Below are positions 1-9,571 of a stretch of DNA of 64,000 nt, one piece after another. How positions within the stretch are numbered: the first letter of the stretch is position 1; the number at the start of each line of letters is the position of its first letter. Source of the stretch: Alphaproteobacteria bacterium (GTDB lineage Bacteria > Pseudomonadota > Alphaproteobacteria > Rs-D84); assembly GCA_033345235.1 (NCBI GenBank), contig JAWPOC010000014.1, positions 137,085 to 201,084 on the forward strand, written 5' to 3'. A program made the translations under genes and the position numbers. The notes under the pieces were generated by a model, which saw nothing but the letters and a program-made list of their open reading frames with translations, had not been told where the DNA came from and did no database searches.

Positions 1-4
1 TATT

Positions 5-331
5 ATGAAAAATAAAGCAGTAAAAATTGGAATTTGGGCAACAATCGCACCGCATATTTTCTGTTGTGGTATACCGATGTTGTTGGCGGTTGTTGGGTTG
101 GTTGCACCGGATGTGGCGCACTTTCATTTGTTGCCGCATTGGATGGAACCATGGTTGTTTGTTTTTTCTGGTATTATGTTGGGGGTGTCTTGGTGGATGG
201 TTTCGCACAGTTGTAAATGCGATTGTGATTGTTGTGCGGCTAAATCACACAGACGTCAGAAAATAATAATGGCAATAATAACCGTTGTATTTATCGTCAG
301 TTTGGTATTGCACATATTTTCACATCATTAA
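5..331 (+). CDS. MerT-like small membrane protein (3 TM; CC pair in TM1, Cys cluster CKCDCDCC in cytoplasmic loop)
   Basis: Topology and Cys-pair placement resemble MerT (TM1 motif ..FCCGIPMLLA..). No merP/merA neighbours. Confidence 0.4.
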   Translation: MKNKAVKIGIWATIAPHIFCCGIPMLLAVVGLVAPDVAHFHLLPHWMEPWLFVFSGIMLGVSWWMVSHSCKCDCDCCAAKSHRRQKIIMAIITVVFIVSLVLHIFSHH

Positions 332-372
332 ATTGAATTGGTTATCAAATCCCATATCTATATTTGAAAAAA

Positions 373-383
373 TGTGATATAAT
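373..383 (+). promoter_or_regulatory. Extended -10 element (TGtgaTATAAT) upstream of ldh
   Basis: Sequence tgtgatataat sits ~30 nt upstream of the ldh RBS (gggagag). Confidence 0.35.
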
Positions 384-411
384 ACTCCTGAATTATATCG
401 GGAGAGTTAAT

Positions 412-1344
412 ATGAAAATTTCAATAATTGGAATTGGATCAGTTGGTGCGGCTGTCGCAACAGCTGTTAAAAATACTGGTTTGGTACATGAAATAGTCTT
501 GTTTGATCGTGACGGTGTTCGGGCGCGTGCCGCAGCCGAAGACTTAGGTCATGCCGCAGCATTTTCATATGATGTAAAAATTACAGCTGTTAATAATTAC
601 CGCGCAATTCGTGGCAGTGAAATAGTTGTTATCGCAGCTGGCGCAAATCAAAAGCCAGGACAAACACGTACTGATTTGTTACAGGCAAATGCGGCGGTCA
701 TAAGTGATATTGTGCCACGTGTAATGGCGAATGTTGATGCGAAAACGGTCAAGCTGATAATCGTTACAAACCCGCTGGATGTTATGGTTATGTTGGCGCA
801 GAAAATATCTAAATTGCCATCTGGGCGTGTTATTGGTACGGGGACGATGTTGGATTCTGCGCGTCTGAGAACGATTTTATCACGCCAGTTGTCTGTGTCT
901 ACCCAGTCGATAAATGCATATGTGCTGGGCGAGCATGGTGACAGCAGTATGATAAATTGGTCATCTGCGTGTATTGGTGGTGTGGATTTAAATTCTTTTT
1001 GTCGTCAGACAAAAATTGCATTGCCTGCAACAACACGTAATACCATAGAACATCGTGTGCATAATGCTGCGTATGAAATTATTCGTGGTCGTGGTGCAAC
1101 ATGGGACGGTATCGCAGGTGCAGTTGCTGATTTATTGCGCTGTATTATTAATGATGAAAATCGTATATTGACTGTCAGCACTGTTGATGGTGTTGGTGCA
1201 AAAGCACTGGCGATGTCTTTGCCGCGTATTGTTGGAAACAACGGAGTTGTTGCGACATTGAATCCGAAAATGGATTCTGTGGAAAGTGCAGCTTTGCGAC
1301 GCAGTGGAAAAATTATTCGTAAAAATTATGATGCAATAAAATGA
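412..1344 (+). CDS. ldh: L-lactate dehydrogenase (LDH/MDH superfamily)
   Basis: N-terminal Rossmann motif IIGIGSVGAA and LGEHGDSS active-site motif typical of LDH. The ATG at 412 with an SD is preferred over the TTG at 364. Confidence 0.8.
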   Translation: MKISIIGIGSVGAAVATAVKNTGLVHEIVLFDRDGVRARAAAEDLGHAAAFSYDVKITAVNNYRAIRGSEIVVIAAGANQKPGQTRTDLLQANAAVISDIVPRVMANVDAKTVKLIIVTNPLDVMVMLAQKISKLPSGRVIGTGTMLDSARLRTILSRQLSVSTQSINAYVLGEHGDSSMINWSSACIGGVDLNSFCRQTKIALPATTRNTIEHRVHNAAYEIIRGRGATWDGIAGAVADLLRCIINDENRILTVSTVDGVGAKALAMSLPRIVGNNGVVATLNPKMDSVESAALRRSGKIIRKNYDAIK

Positions 1345-1345
1345 C

Positions 1346-1373
1346 AAAAGTCCGAGAAATCGGACTTTTTTTT
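1346..1373 (+). terminator. Rho-independent terminator after ldh
   Basis: gtccg-agaaat-cggac hairpin followed by a T8 run. Confidence 0.6.
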
Positions 1374-1440
1374 GAATACTGTCATATACAAATTTTGTTT
1401 TTTGCGTGGTATATTTTTATTGTCCAAAAGAGGAAATGAT

Positions 1441-1740
1441 ATGCCGAATGAAATACAATATTTTATCTCGCAAGAACAAGACAAAATAGAAGCAGTATAT
1501 CAAGGCCAAAAAATTGGCGAGATAACTTTTGCACGTATCGGCGTTGATAAATTAATCATAGACTATACAGGTGTAAATCCAGAATTCAGAAAACAAGAAA
1601 TTGGATTATCCTTGGTTCGTAATGTCGCAGATATAGCGCGCAGCCAAAAAAGACGTGTAATCGCACTGTGTCCATTTGCGCGTGCAATGTTTAACAGATA
1701 TTCTGAATTTGATGACATCAGATTAATTAATGCACATTAA
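1441..1740 (+). CDS. Small GNAT-fold acetyltransferase (YjdJ/At1g77540-like, CPFA motif)
   Basis: ~100 aa with a ..RRVIALCPFARAMF.. motif. Start taken at MPNE with an SD (agaggaaatgat). Confidence 0.45.
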   Translation: MPNEIQYFISQEQDKIEAVYQGQKIGEITFARIGVDKLIIDYTGVNPEFRKQEIGLSLVRNVADIARSQKRRVIALCPFARAMFNRYSEFDDIRLINAH

Positions 1741-1764
1741 AAAGTCGGGATATTTCCCGATTTT

Positions 1765-2352
1765 TTAATTTCGAATGTTTTCTGTAACAAAATCCCAATC
1801 GACCAAATTATCTAAAAAAGAATCTACAAAATCTGCACGACGATTTTTATAGTCCAGATAATATGCATGTTCCCATACGTCTAAGTTTAATATAGGTTTT
1901 AGATTATGTGCGATTGGTGTGTCTGCGTTTGCTGTGTTGATTATTTTTAGTTTATCGCCATCTTGAACCAGCCATGTATACCCACTGCCAAACAATGAGG
2001 TTGCAGCGGTTTTAAATTGCGTTTTAAAGTTTTCGATACTGCCAAAATTCTCGATGATTTCTTTTGGAATTTTTGCCATACAGTTTGGGCACATTCCTTG
2101 AAAGAAAAAGTTATGATTGTAAATTTGTGCGGCATTATTAAAGATTTTTGCGTCACTGGGGTTTGTGGCGGATTCTTTGATGATGTCAACCAAGGCAACT
2201 TGTTCGTATTTTGTGCCGTCAATTAATTTGTTTAAATTGTCAATGTATGTTGCGACATGCTTGCCATGATGGGTTTCAAGTGTTTCTTGTGATATGTATG
2301 GGGTCAGTGCGTCTGTCGCATATGGTAATGGGTATTGTGTCAGTGTAAACAT
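1765..2352 (-). CDS. Fe/Mn superoxide dismutase
   Basis: N-terminus LPYATDALTPYISQETLETHHGKH; C-terminal DVWEHAYY motif. Confidence 0.85.
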   Translation of the reverse strand: MFTLTQYPLPYATDALTPYISQETLETHHGKHVATYIDNLNKLIDGTKYEQVALVDIIKESATNPSDAKIFNNAAQIYNHNFFFQGMCPNCMAKIPKEIIENFGSIENFKTQFKTAATSLFGSGYTWLVQDGDKLKIINTANADTPIAHNLKPILNLDVWEHAYYLDYKNRRADFVDSFLDNLVDWDFVTENIRN

Positions 2353-2486
2353 ATTTTATTCTCCCTTTGTTTTATATCGATTTTGCGATAATAAATGCTG
2401 TTTCTCAACAGGAAAATTTTTATTAAAAAGCACTTGCAGTCGATAATGCATATTTTCTATAATCCGAGTAATAAAAGGAGAAAAAA

Positions 2487-3071
2487 ATGAAAAAAATAGC
2501 GTTTTTAGGTATGTTGTTTTCTATGTTTGTTGCGTGTTCATCATTTGCGGCGGATATAACGATTTATTATGCGCCATTATGTCCGCATTGTCATCATGCA
2601 CGCGAATTTATCAGTAATACTTTGGTTTACGAATATCCAGAATTAAAGGTGACTGCAATTGATGTTACAATCCCAGAGCATCGTTCTTTGTTTAAAAGTG
2701 CGTTGGATAAATGTGGATTAACATCTGGTGGTGTTCCTGTATTGGTTATTGGCGAACATTGTGAACAAGGTTACGCAGATTATATGGAACAAGATTTACG
2801 TAAGTATGTTGAGGCGGACTTAACCCCAGAACAAAAGCAAATTGCATCATCTAACAGACGCGCGATGAAGCAAAATATTACGGCGTTCAAAGAAGAAAAT
2901 TCACAGCGCAGTGACGTTATTGTTGAATATGCACAACAGCCTGTGGCAGAAGCAAATGACACAACAGACGGTGGCGCAATGCGTATGGATAGACGTTTGT
3001 TCTTGTTGGGTGGAATGTTAATACTTATTGTGGCGGGTCTGGGCTATGCATTGGTTCGGAAATCAAAATAA
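2487..3071 (+). CDS. Thioredoxin-fold protein (CPHC motif) with signal peptide and C-terminal TM anchor
   Basis: Signal peptide MKKIAFLGMLFSMFVACSSFA; YYAPLCPHCHH redox motif; hydrophobic C-terminus. Confidence 0.5.
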   Translation: MKKIAFLGMLFSMFVACSSFAADITIYYAPLCPHCHHAREFISNTLVYEYPELKVTAIDVTIPEHRSLFKSALDKCGLTSGGVPVLVIGEHCEQGYADYMEQDLRKYVEADLTPEQKQIASSNRRAMKQNITAFKEENSQRSDVIVEYAQQPVAEANDTTDGGAMRMDRRLFLLGGMLILIVAGLGYALVRKSK

Positions 3072-3098
3072 TTTAACATAAGATTAATTGGATAAGAA

Positions 3099-3854
3099 AT
3101 GTTCGATTTGACTACACTTGATTATATTTATGTTGGCATTGTTGTGATGTCTACAATTTGGGCAACGTTTCGTGGTGGTGTGTATGAAACTATCGCGACA
3201 ATGTCTTGGGTTGTGGCGGCGATTTCTGCGCGTTTTGCGTCGCCCTGGTTGGATAAATTATTACAAGCGTGGTTTGATTTGTCTGAATCTACGGTTGGGA
3301 CATTGGTTGCATCGTATTTTATTGTCTTTTTTGCAGTATTGTTATTGGTCGGATTTATCAATCAAAAATTACGTGATAAAATACAAGACAGTATTATGAA
3401 TGTAACAGATAAAACGCTGGGGGTTATATTTGGTATAATTCGTGGCTTGGTTGTAATGGGGGCGTTTTATTGGGGGGCGTTGTGGTATTATTCTGATGCG
3501 CCATTTTTGCCTAAATGGTTGGCACAGGCACGTACACGTCCAATTATGCAAATTACTGCGTTGAAATTAGATGAATGGTTTTTCCCTGGGCCAGAGAATA
3601 AACTGTTGGCGCGTGATTTGGCTGGAACGCACGAAGCCATAGAGATTTATAAAAATCTGATTAATCCTGCGATTTCTGGCGCAAATAAAAGCAAAGCAAC
3701 GGCGGCCGGTAATAATGCCTCAGATGCGGATTCAGAAACAGGGTACAAGACGTCTGAACGTACTGCATTGGAAAATCAGTTGTTGCAAATTGAAACAGTG
3801 GCACGCGCAATTGAACAACACGAAGCGCAACAGCAAGATACAATCGCAGAATAA
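3099..3854 (+). CDS. cvpA: CvpA-family membrane protein (colicin V production protein-like)
   Basis: N-terminal 4-TM region typical of CvpA (LDYIYVGIVVMSTIWATFRG..) with a hydrophilic C-terminal extension. Confidence 0.65.
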   Translation: MFDLTTLDYIYVGIVVMSTIWATFRGGVYETIATMSWVVAAISARFASPWLDKLLQAWFDLSESTVGTLVASYFIVFFAVLLLVGFINQKLRDKIQDSIMNVTDKTLGVIFGIIRGLVVMGAFYWGALWYYSDAPFLPKWLAQARTRPIMQITALKLDEWFFPGPENKLLARDLAGTHEAIEIYKNLINPAISGANKSKATAAGNNASDADSETGYKTSERTALENQLLQIETVARAIEQHEAQQQDTIAE

Positions 3855-3941
3855 TTTTTTATGAATATACGGGAATTCATACCTGCTGACACAGCGGGTA
3901 TATTTTTTTATAATTTTTGTACCAAGCCCAAGGAGAAAATT

Positions 3942-4463
3942 ATGTTATTAAAATCAAAAATATGTTTTACAGTTCTGACTGTGTATGAAATAGTCGTTAT
4001 ATCTTTGCTGCATTTTCAGCGTGTTTGTGATGCGATATTTTCGACTGCTTTTTGCGACAGTTGGTTCAGGTATTTCCTGTTTTGTATAGTGATTCCTTTA
4101 TTAGTATTTTTGATTTTAATGTGGATACATGAAATAGTTCGTGCACATCGCAGACGTAAATTTATTCGTCGTGCAAAAAATACAGTGAATGGTATTTTGT
4201 CCAGTATTCGTGGTCGTGTCTCAGAACATATTGATATGTCAAATATGGAAAAAATAATCACAGCAGCTGTTTTGATTGGTATAAAAAAGTACGCAGATCG
4301 TCATCCAAATATTCGCCATAACATAAACCATGTTTTGGATGTTGCAAATGGTGATGCAGAAATAGATATAATGTCATCTGCCGATGAAATAAAAATGCCG
4401 GCACGCGCTCGTAAAGTTACGCGTAAAGTAACAAAAACATCGGGCGTCAGAAAAAAGAAATAA
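3942..4463 (+). CDS. Hypothetical membrane protein with basic C-terminus
   Basis: ATG at 3942 preceded by aaggag. Two hydrophobic segments. No recognisable family. Confidence 0.4.
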   Translation: MLLKSKICFTVLTVYEIVVISLLHFQRVCDAIFSTAFCDSWFRYFLFCIVIPLLVFLILMWIHEIVRAHRRRKFIRRAKNTVNGILSSIRGRVSEHIDMSNMEKIITAAVLIGIKKYADRHPNIRHNINHVLDVANGDAEIDIMSSADEIKMPARARKVTRKVTKTSGVRKKK

Positions 4464-4485
4464 AAACAGGTTTCCTTTCTTACGA

Positions 4486-4511
4486 AAACCGTCGTTATGA
4501 CGGTTTTTTTA
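4486..4511 (+). terminator. Rho-independent terminator
   Basis: aaaaccgtcgttatgacggttttttt hairpin plus T-run. Confidence 0.55.
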
Positions 4512-4579
4512 TGTGTTTATGCTTGAATTATTTGGCGTTTTTTATTTAAATATATTCTATGAATAATTGGGAGAAAAAT

Positions 4580-7204
4580 ATGAATTCTAAGATTACAGGG
4601 CTGACGTCAAAGCAGGTTATAACCAACAGAGATAAATACGGGATGAATCAAATGCCACGCCCAAAATTGAAAACAGTTTGGAATTTTTTGGGCGAAGTGT
4701 TTACAGATAAATTAAATGTAGTCTTGTTGATAATGGCGCTGATTTTCTTGGTCTTGGGCTTGGTCGGCTATGGCAGTATTTCAGAGGCAATAGGTATCGG
4801 TGTTGTTCTGGTTGTTGTTGCTGTTACAACTGTGTGTACAAAATTAAAAAGTCAACGCAGTGCCGAAGAATTATATCAAAAATCATCTATGCAAACAGTG
4901 ACCGTAATTCGTAACGCCAAGGCAGTACAGATTGACAGTACTATGGTTGTTTATGACGATATTGTTGTTTTGCGTTCTGGCGAGAAAATATGTGCGGACG
5001 GCTATATCATATACGGCGAAGTCGAAGTAAATAATTCGATTTTAAATGGTGAAAGTACAGAGGTTAAAAAAACAGCCGTTACCGGTAAATATATTTATAA
5101 TCCAGACACGCCTGTAACATCAGATGACTATACAGATGATCACAGTGTATTTGCGGGCACAACAGTGCTTAGCGGCAAAGGATATATGCGTGTAACGCGT
5201 ATCGGTGCGAATACAGAAAACGCCAAGATAATGTCTTCATTATATTCAATAAATGAATTGAAAACCACACTGCAAATTCAGTTAGATAATATGGCGACTT
5301 TGATTAGCAAGTTGGGGTCTGTATGTGCATTGATAATATTTGCTGTTTTGTTGACGGTAAATTTATACGCGACAGATTTTGTTTTAGATGCGAACTTTAT
5401 ATACACAGTGTTCAGTTCATTAACTGTTGCGTTAACAATATTTGTTGCGGCTGTTCCCGAAGGTTTGCCTTTTATTATCGGAATTATTACCAGTCAAAAT
5501 GTAAACAGAATGATAAAGGCAAATATTCTGGCAAAAAATCCGCACAAAATACCCGAGGCTGGCAATATTCAACTGTTGTGTACGGACAAAACAGGTACAT
5601 TAACCAAGGGCTTTTTGCAACCGGTACATAATTTTTCAGGTAGTGGTACAGATATTGGCTTTGGGCAAAATAATAAAGATAAAATAAAAGAACACTTTTT
5701 TACAAACATTGCATTAACGTGTGATTGTACATTTGATGCGCGTAATAGTATTGTTGGTGGCAATATGACGTGTCGTGCATTGTTTTTAGCGGTAAAAAAA
5801 ATATCTAAATATATCATATCGCTGCAGCAAAAAAATCCTGTGGCAGACAGGGTCGTCTTTGACAGTTCGCGTAAGTTTTCCGCAGCAAAAGTGTCTGGTA
5901 AAAAATCAGTGTGTTACTATATGGGGGCGCCGGAAATTATATTAGCACATGCTGTGTCATATGTGGATTCAGATGGTAAAGTACAGCCTTTGGACAAAGA
6001 AAAAATGCACGCATTGATAAAGCAAAATGCCAAACAAGCAATGCGTTTGGTCGCAACAGCGTTCAGCCCCAGTTGGGTAAAAAAAGGTGATATGCCCAAA
6101 GATTTAATCTTTGTTTCAATGGTTGCAATGCGTGACCAAGTTCGTGCCGGCGTAAACGGTGTGATTTCTGCAATGTCTAAATCTGGGGTTCAAGTTATGA
6201 TGATAACAGGTGATATTTTAGAAACTGCACACGCAATTGCACTGGATTGCGGAATAATGGAAACAGATTCAGATATCGCCATCACTGCCAGCGAATTTGA
6301 TAAAATGTCTGACGAGCAAGTCAAAGGTATTTTGCATAATATCAAAGTTATTGCACGTGCCACCCCCAGCACTAAATTACGCCTAGTAAAGTTGGCGCAA
6401 TCTGTTGGGTTGTGTATTGGTATGTGCGGCGATGGCACAAATGATGCGCCTGCGTTAAAGCGCGCAGATGTTGGTTTTGCAATGGGTGATGGTACAGATG
6501 TTTGTAAAGAATCCAGCGATATCATTATTACAGACAATAATTTCTTGTCGATTGCAAATTGTATTTTGTTGGGACGCACATTTGTGCATAATGTTGTTAA
6601 TTTCTTAAAGTTTCAATTGCCGATTAACTTTACATTGGTCGTGTTAAGTATATTGTTCCCGATTTTGTTTGGTCTGGATGCATTTACAGCAGTGCAAATA
6701 TTATTGGTAAATATTGTTATGGACAGCTTGAATTCATTGGCGTTCGGTGGCGAAGCGCCACGCAAAGAATATTTGCAAGAACGTACGTACGGAAAAAATG
6801 CGCCATTATTAAATAAATCTGCGTTGGGGCAGATTATATGGACAACATTTGGTTTTTGCGGTGTGTTCGCATTATTGGAATTGTTGCATAGTAATGGATT
6901 ATTTGTAACCGAAGATGCTTATATGTCTGCACGATTTGCGTTGTTGATTATAATGGCTGTGGTAAATGGTTTTTGTGTTCGTGCGCGCGGGTGTAATATA
7001 TTTGCAGGCTTGTCACAGAATCCAATGTTCATGGTTGTTGCATTGGGAATTGTTGTATGTACAGTATTATCAGTATGGTTTGGTGGTCAATTCTTGCAAT
7101 TGGTACCGCTTAGCTTGACACAGTGGTTGATAGTTTTTGGTTTGTCAGTATTGATTATACCAATAAACTTTATTCGATACTTGGCATTAAGAAGAAAAAT
7201 GTAA
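4580..7204 (+). CDS. P-type cation-transporting ATPase (type II, Ca2+/Mg2+-like)
   Basis: CTDKTGTLT phosphorylation motif, MITGD, GDGTNDAPALKRADVGFAMG; ~10 TM segments. Confidence 0.85.
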   Translation: MNSKITGLTSKQVITNRDKYGMNQMPRPKLKTVWNFLGEVFTDKLNVVLLIMALIFLVLGLVGYGSISEAIGIGVVLVVVAVTTVCTKLKSQRSAEELYQKSSMQTVTVIRNAKAVQIDSTMVVYDDIVVLRSGEKICADGYIIYGEVEVNNSILNGESTEVKKTAVTGKYIYNPDTPVTSDDYTDDHSVFAGTTVLSGKGYMRVTRIGANTENAKIMSSLYSINELKTTLQIQLDNMATLISKLGSVCALIIFAVLLTVNLYATDFVLDANFIYTVFSSLTVALTIFVAAVPEGLPFIIGIITSQNVNRMIKANILAKNPHKIPEAGNIQLLCTDKTGTLTKGFLQPVHNFSGSGTDIGFGQNNKDKIKEHFFTNIALTCDCTFDARNSIVGGNMTCRALFLAVKKISKYIISLQQKNPVADRVVFDSSRKFSAAKVSGKKSVCYYMGAPEIILAHAVSYVDSDGKVQPLDKEKMHALIKQNAKQAMRLVATAFSPSWVKKGDMPKDLIFVSMVAMRDQVRAGVNGVISAMSKSGVQVMMITGDILETAHAIALDCGIMETDSDIAITASEFDKMSDEQVKGILHNIKVIARATPSTKLRLVKLAQSVGLCIGMCGDGTNDAPALKRADVGFAMGDGTDVCKESSDIIITDNNFLSIANCILLGRTFVHNVVNFLKFQLPINFTLVVLSILFPILFGLDAFTAVQILLVNIVMDSLNSLAFGGEAPRKEYLQERTYGKNAPLLNKSALGQIIWTTFGFCGVFALLELLHSNGLFVTEDAYMSARFALLIIMAVVNGFCVRARGCNIFAGLSQNPMFMVVALGIVVCTVLSVWFGGQFLQLVPLSLTQWLIVFGLSVLIIPINFIRYLALRRKM

Positions 7205-7265
7205 TGGCTTAGATGATAATAACAGTGGCGGTTCTGAATGCACAGGTTGTTGTCAGGATTTACCA

Positions 7266-7544
7266 TTGCATTCGGATGTACAAGCATCAATGGATGTATT
7301 GAATAATTTCGTGGCAAATGCATCAGTTAATGTGTGGGTAAACGAAGAAGGTAAGTTTAATGTGGCACGTTTAGGTACTGATATTGCCAGTGGTGCTGTA
7401 ATGGGGACAGTTGGCGGTCTGGTATCAAATGTGATTATCAAAAAGAAACAACTGGAAAAGGGTATGTCAGGATATTATTGCACAGTTGGCTCAGAACCCA
7501 TCGCAGATTATGGTGATGAATTTATAATAGATTTTCCACAATAA
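7266..7544 (+). pseudogene. Fragment homologous to the C-terminal domain of the secreted protein at 21762-23432
   Basis: ..NVARLGTDIASGAVMGTVGG..YYCTVGS..YGDEFII.. parallels ..NKARLTSTLTGAGVGGAMG..FYCATGN..YNDETVI.. in the 556-aa protein. No signal peptide; TTG start. Confidence 0.3.
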
Positions 7545-7569
7545 CAAATATAAAAAACACTGCGGCAGA

Positions 7570-8589
7570 TTATTCTGTCGCAGTATTTTTTTGCCAACGC
7601 CATGCTGACGCCAACGTATCTGTTAATGGTGTTTCTGCACGCCATAGCAGTATTTTTTCTGCCAAAGATGCATCTGCCCAAATCGCAGGAACATCGCCTG
7701 CACGTCGTGGTGCGATTTTATACGGCACATCTAAACCGGTGGCGTCTTTGAATCCGCGTACTAATTCCATGACGGACAATCCTTTGCCTGTGCCCAGATT
7801 AAAAGTACTGACCCCATTTGCGCCTTTGTGCATATATTCCAGTGCGCATAAATGAGCGCGTGCTAAATCGTTTACATCGATATAATCTCGGACACAAAAT
7901 CCATCAGGTGTATCATAATCGTCGCCAAAGATATTCAAATGTGGTCGAATACCTGCAACAGTCTGGGTTATATATGGCATTAAATTATTTGGAATGCCGT
8001 TTGGTTGTTCGCCAATTAATCCAGATGGATGCGCGCCGATTGGATTAAAATATCTTAATAATGTTGCACGAATGTTCGGATTGGCGCGCACTGTATCACG
8101 AATTATATTTTCGCCCATAACTTTGGTCTGACCATACGGAGACGTTGCAGGTTGCAAAGGTGTTTCTTCGGTTACGGGTAATTTTTCAGGTGTTCCATAT
8201 ACAGTTGCAGACGAAGAAAATACTATGTTAGGAATATCAAATTCACACATCATATTTAATACATTTATCAGACCATTTAAATTATTTTTGTAATATAACA
8301 AAGGTTTTTCAACAGATTCACCAACAGCTTTTAGCGCGGCAAAGTGTATCACACCAATCGCGTCACTGTGTTTGGCAAAGGCTGCACGAATATCTTCTGA
8401 ATTTGCACAGTCGACATTTATAAAGTCAGGTCTTGTGCCTGTTATTTGTGTTATGCCATCCAGTGACAAAATAGAAGAATTAGACAGATTATCAAAAATC
8501 ACAACTGAAAACCCAGCGTTTTGTAGCGCGACTGTTGTATGTGAACCGATGTATCCTGCACCACCTGTAACGATTATTTTGTTTGACAT
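7570..8589 (-). CDS. galE: UDP-glucose 4-epimerase
   Basis: VTGGAGYIGSHT NAD-binding motif and SDR-extended family features throughout. Confidence 0.85.
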   Translation of the reverse strand: MSNKIIVTGGAGYIGSHTTVALQNAGFSVVIFDNLSNSSILSLDGITQITGTRPDFINVDCANSEDIRAAFAKHSDAIGVIHFAALKAVGESVEKPLLYYKNNLNGLINVLNMMCEFDIPNIVFSSSATVYGTPEKLPVTEETPLQPATSPYGQTKVMGENIIRDTVRANPNIRATLLRYFNPIGAHPSGLIGEQPNGIPNNLMPYITQTVAGIRPHLNIFGDDYDTPDGFCVRDYIDVNDLARAHLCALEYMHKGANGVSTFNLGTGKGLSVMELVRGFKDATGLDVPYKIAPRRAGDVPAIWADASLAEKILLWRAETPLTDTLASAWRWQKNTATE

Positions 8590-8760
8590 ATTAACACCTT
8601 TGTTTGTATGTATATAATTATATCAAAAGTCTAAAGTTGCGCCAGTTTTATTTCCCAATATTTTTGACATACTGCGTTGTGTTTTCTGCTTTTTATTCTG
8701 CTTGACAAAAGGGGGGTGGGTGCTAGAATTGCGGGTGCTAATATTATCAAGGATGAACAA

Positions 8761-9141
8761 ATGAAAACATTTTATTTATTGAGAGTACTTTTGCAAACGA
8801 TGCGTCGTTCATTTACAGATATCGTGTCAGCTAAACATATATCCAAAGATGTTGTAACAGGATTATTACTGCGTGCAATTATGGATGATGGCGTATATGT
8901 CGCGCGCCAAGAAAAGCCATGTCCAGCGATATGTATTGAGTCATTATGGTTGTATTCAGACGGTAAATTGTACAGTTCGTATAAGCAGGCTGTATTGGCG
9001 ACATTGGATGCCAAGTCGATGGAATGTATTGAAAATGCGATGATTGATCGCGCGGAACGCAAAGTACCTAACAGTTATACTCAAAAGCAAAAAGTAAAGA
9101 GATTAATTAAAACAACGAAAGAACAGTCGCGTACCAGATAA
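8761..9141 (+). CDS. Hypothetical protein
   Basis: ATG at 8761 (MKTFYLL). No recognisable domains. Confidence 0.35.
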   Translation: MKTFYLLRVLLQTMRRSFTDIVSAKHISKDVVTGLLLRAIMDDGVYVARQEKPCPAICIESLWLYSDGKLYSSYKQAVLATLDAKSMECIENAMIDRAERKVPNSYTQKQKVKRLIKTTKEQSRTR

Positions 9142-9240
9142 ACTTTCCCCGCTTGTTTAAGCGGGGAAATATTTTTGGATATGATGTAGTATTCATACTA
9201 TTCAGACAGTTTCAGATTTTACAGTTTGTGTAACAGTTCA

Positions 9241-9513
9241 TTATTCTTGTAAAAATCCGCCGGACTGCATTTTCCAGAGGCGCGCGTATTCGCCGCGTTT
9301 GCGTAACAAAGATTGGTGACTGCCTTGTTCGATTACATGACAATCTTTTATCACAATAATACGATCCATATTACGCAAGGTGGAAAGTCTGTGTGCGATT
9401 GCCACCGTTGTGCGCCCAACACAAAATTCAAAAACGCAGGGAAATCCAAGATTTACAATGGTTTCAGATAGTTGATTTGGTCCGCCTGCATCACACTTAG
9501 CCTCACATAGCAT
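9241..9513 (-). pseudogene. 3' remnant of an ABC exporter gene (MsbA-like C-terminus) fused to dispersed-repeat sequence
   Basis: Only the last ~57 aa (..TTVAIAHRLSTLRNMDRIIVIKDCHVIEQGSHQSLL..) resemble an ABC ATPase C-terminus. The 5' ~100 nt consist of repeats found elsewhere in intergenic DNA. Confidence 0.55.
9419..9452. repeat. ~32-bp dispersed repeat (caacacaaaattcaaaaaNgcagggaaaNccaa), copy 1
   Basis: Second copy at 13411-13442 with 2 mismatches. Confidence 0.6.
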
Positions 9514-9516
9514 TTT
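9484..9516. repeat. 33-bp perfect direct repeat gcctgcatcacacttagcctcacatagcatttt, copy 1
   Basis: Identical copy at 11948-11980. Confidence 0.8.
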
Positions 9517-9571
9517 GATGAAAAATGTGATAGAATTATTGGGTGATATAATTAATCAAAGGGGTTTGTTA

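Noticed and set aside
1132-1347. Minus-strand ORFs inside ldh (1005-1241, 1132-1347), and similar antisense ORFs inside the ATPase, glyRS, nrdD and clpX
   Set aside because: They are fully contained within well-supported genes on the other strand and lack start context. They are typical antisense artefacts in an AT-rich genome.
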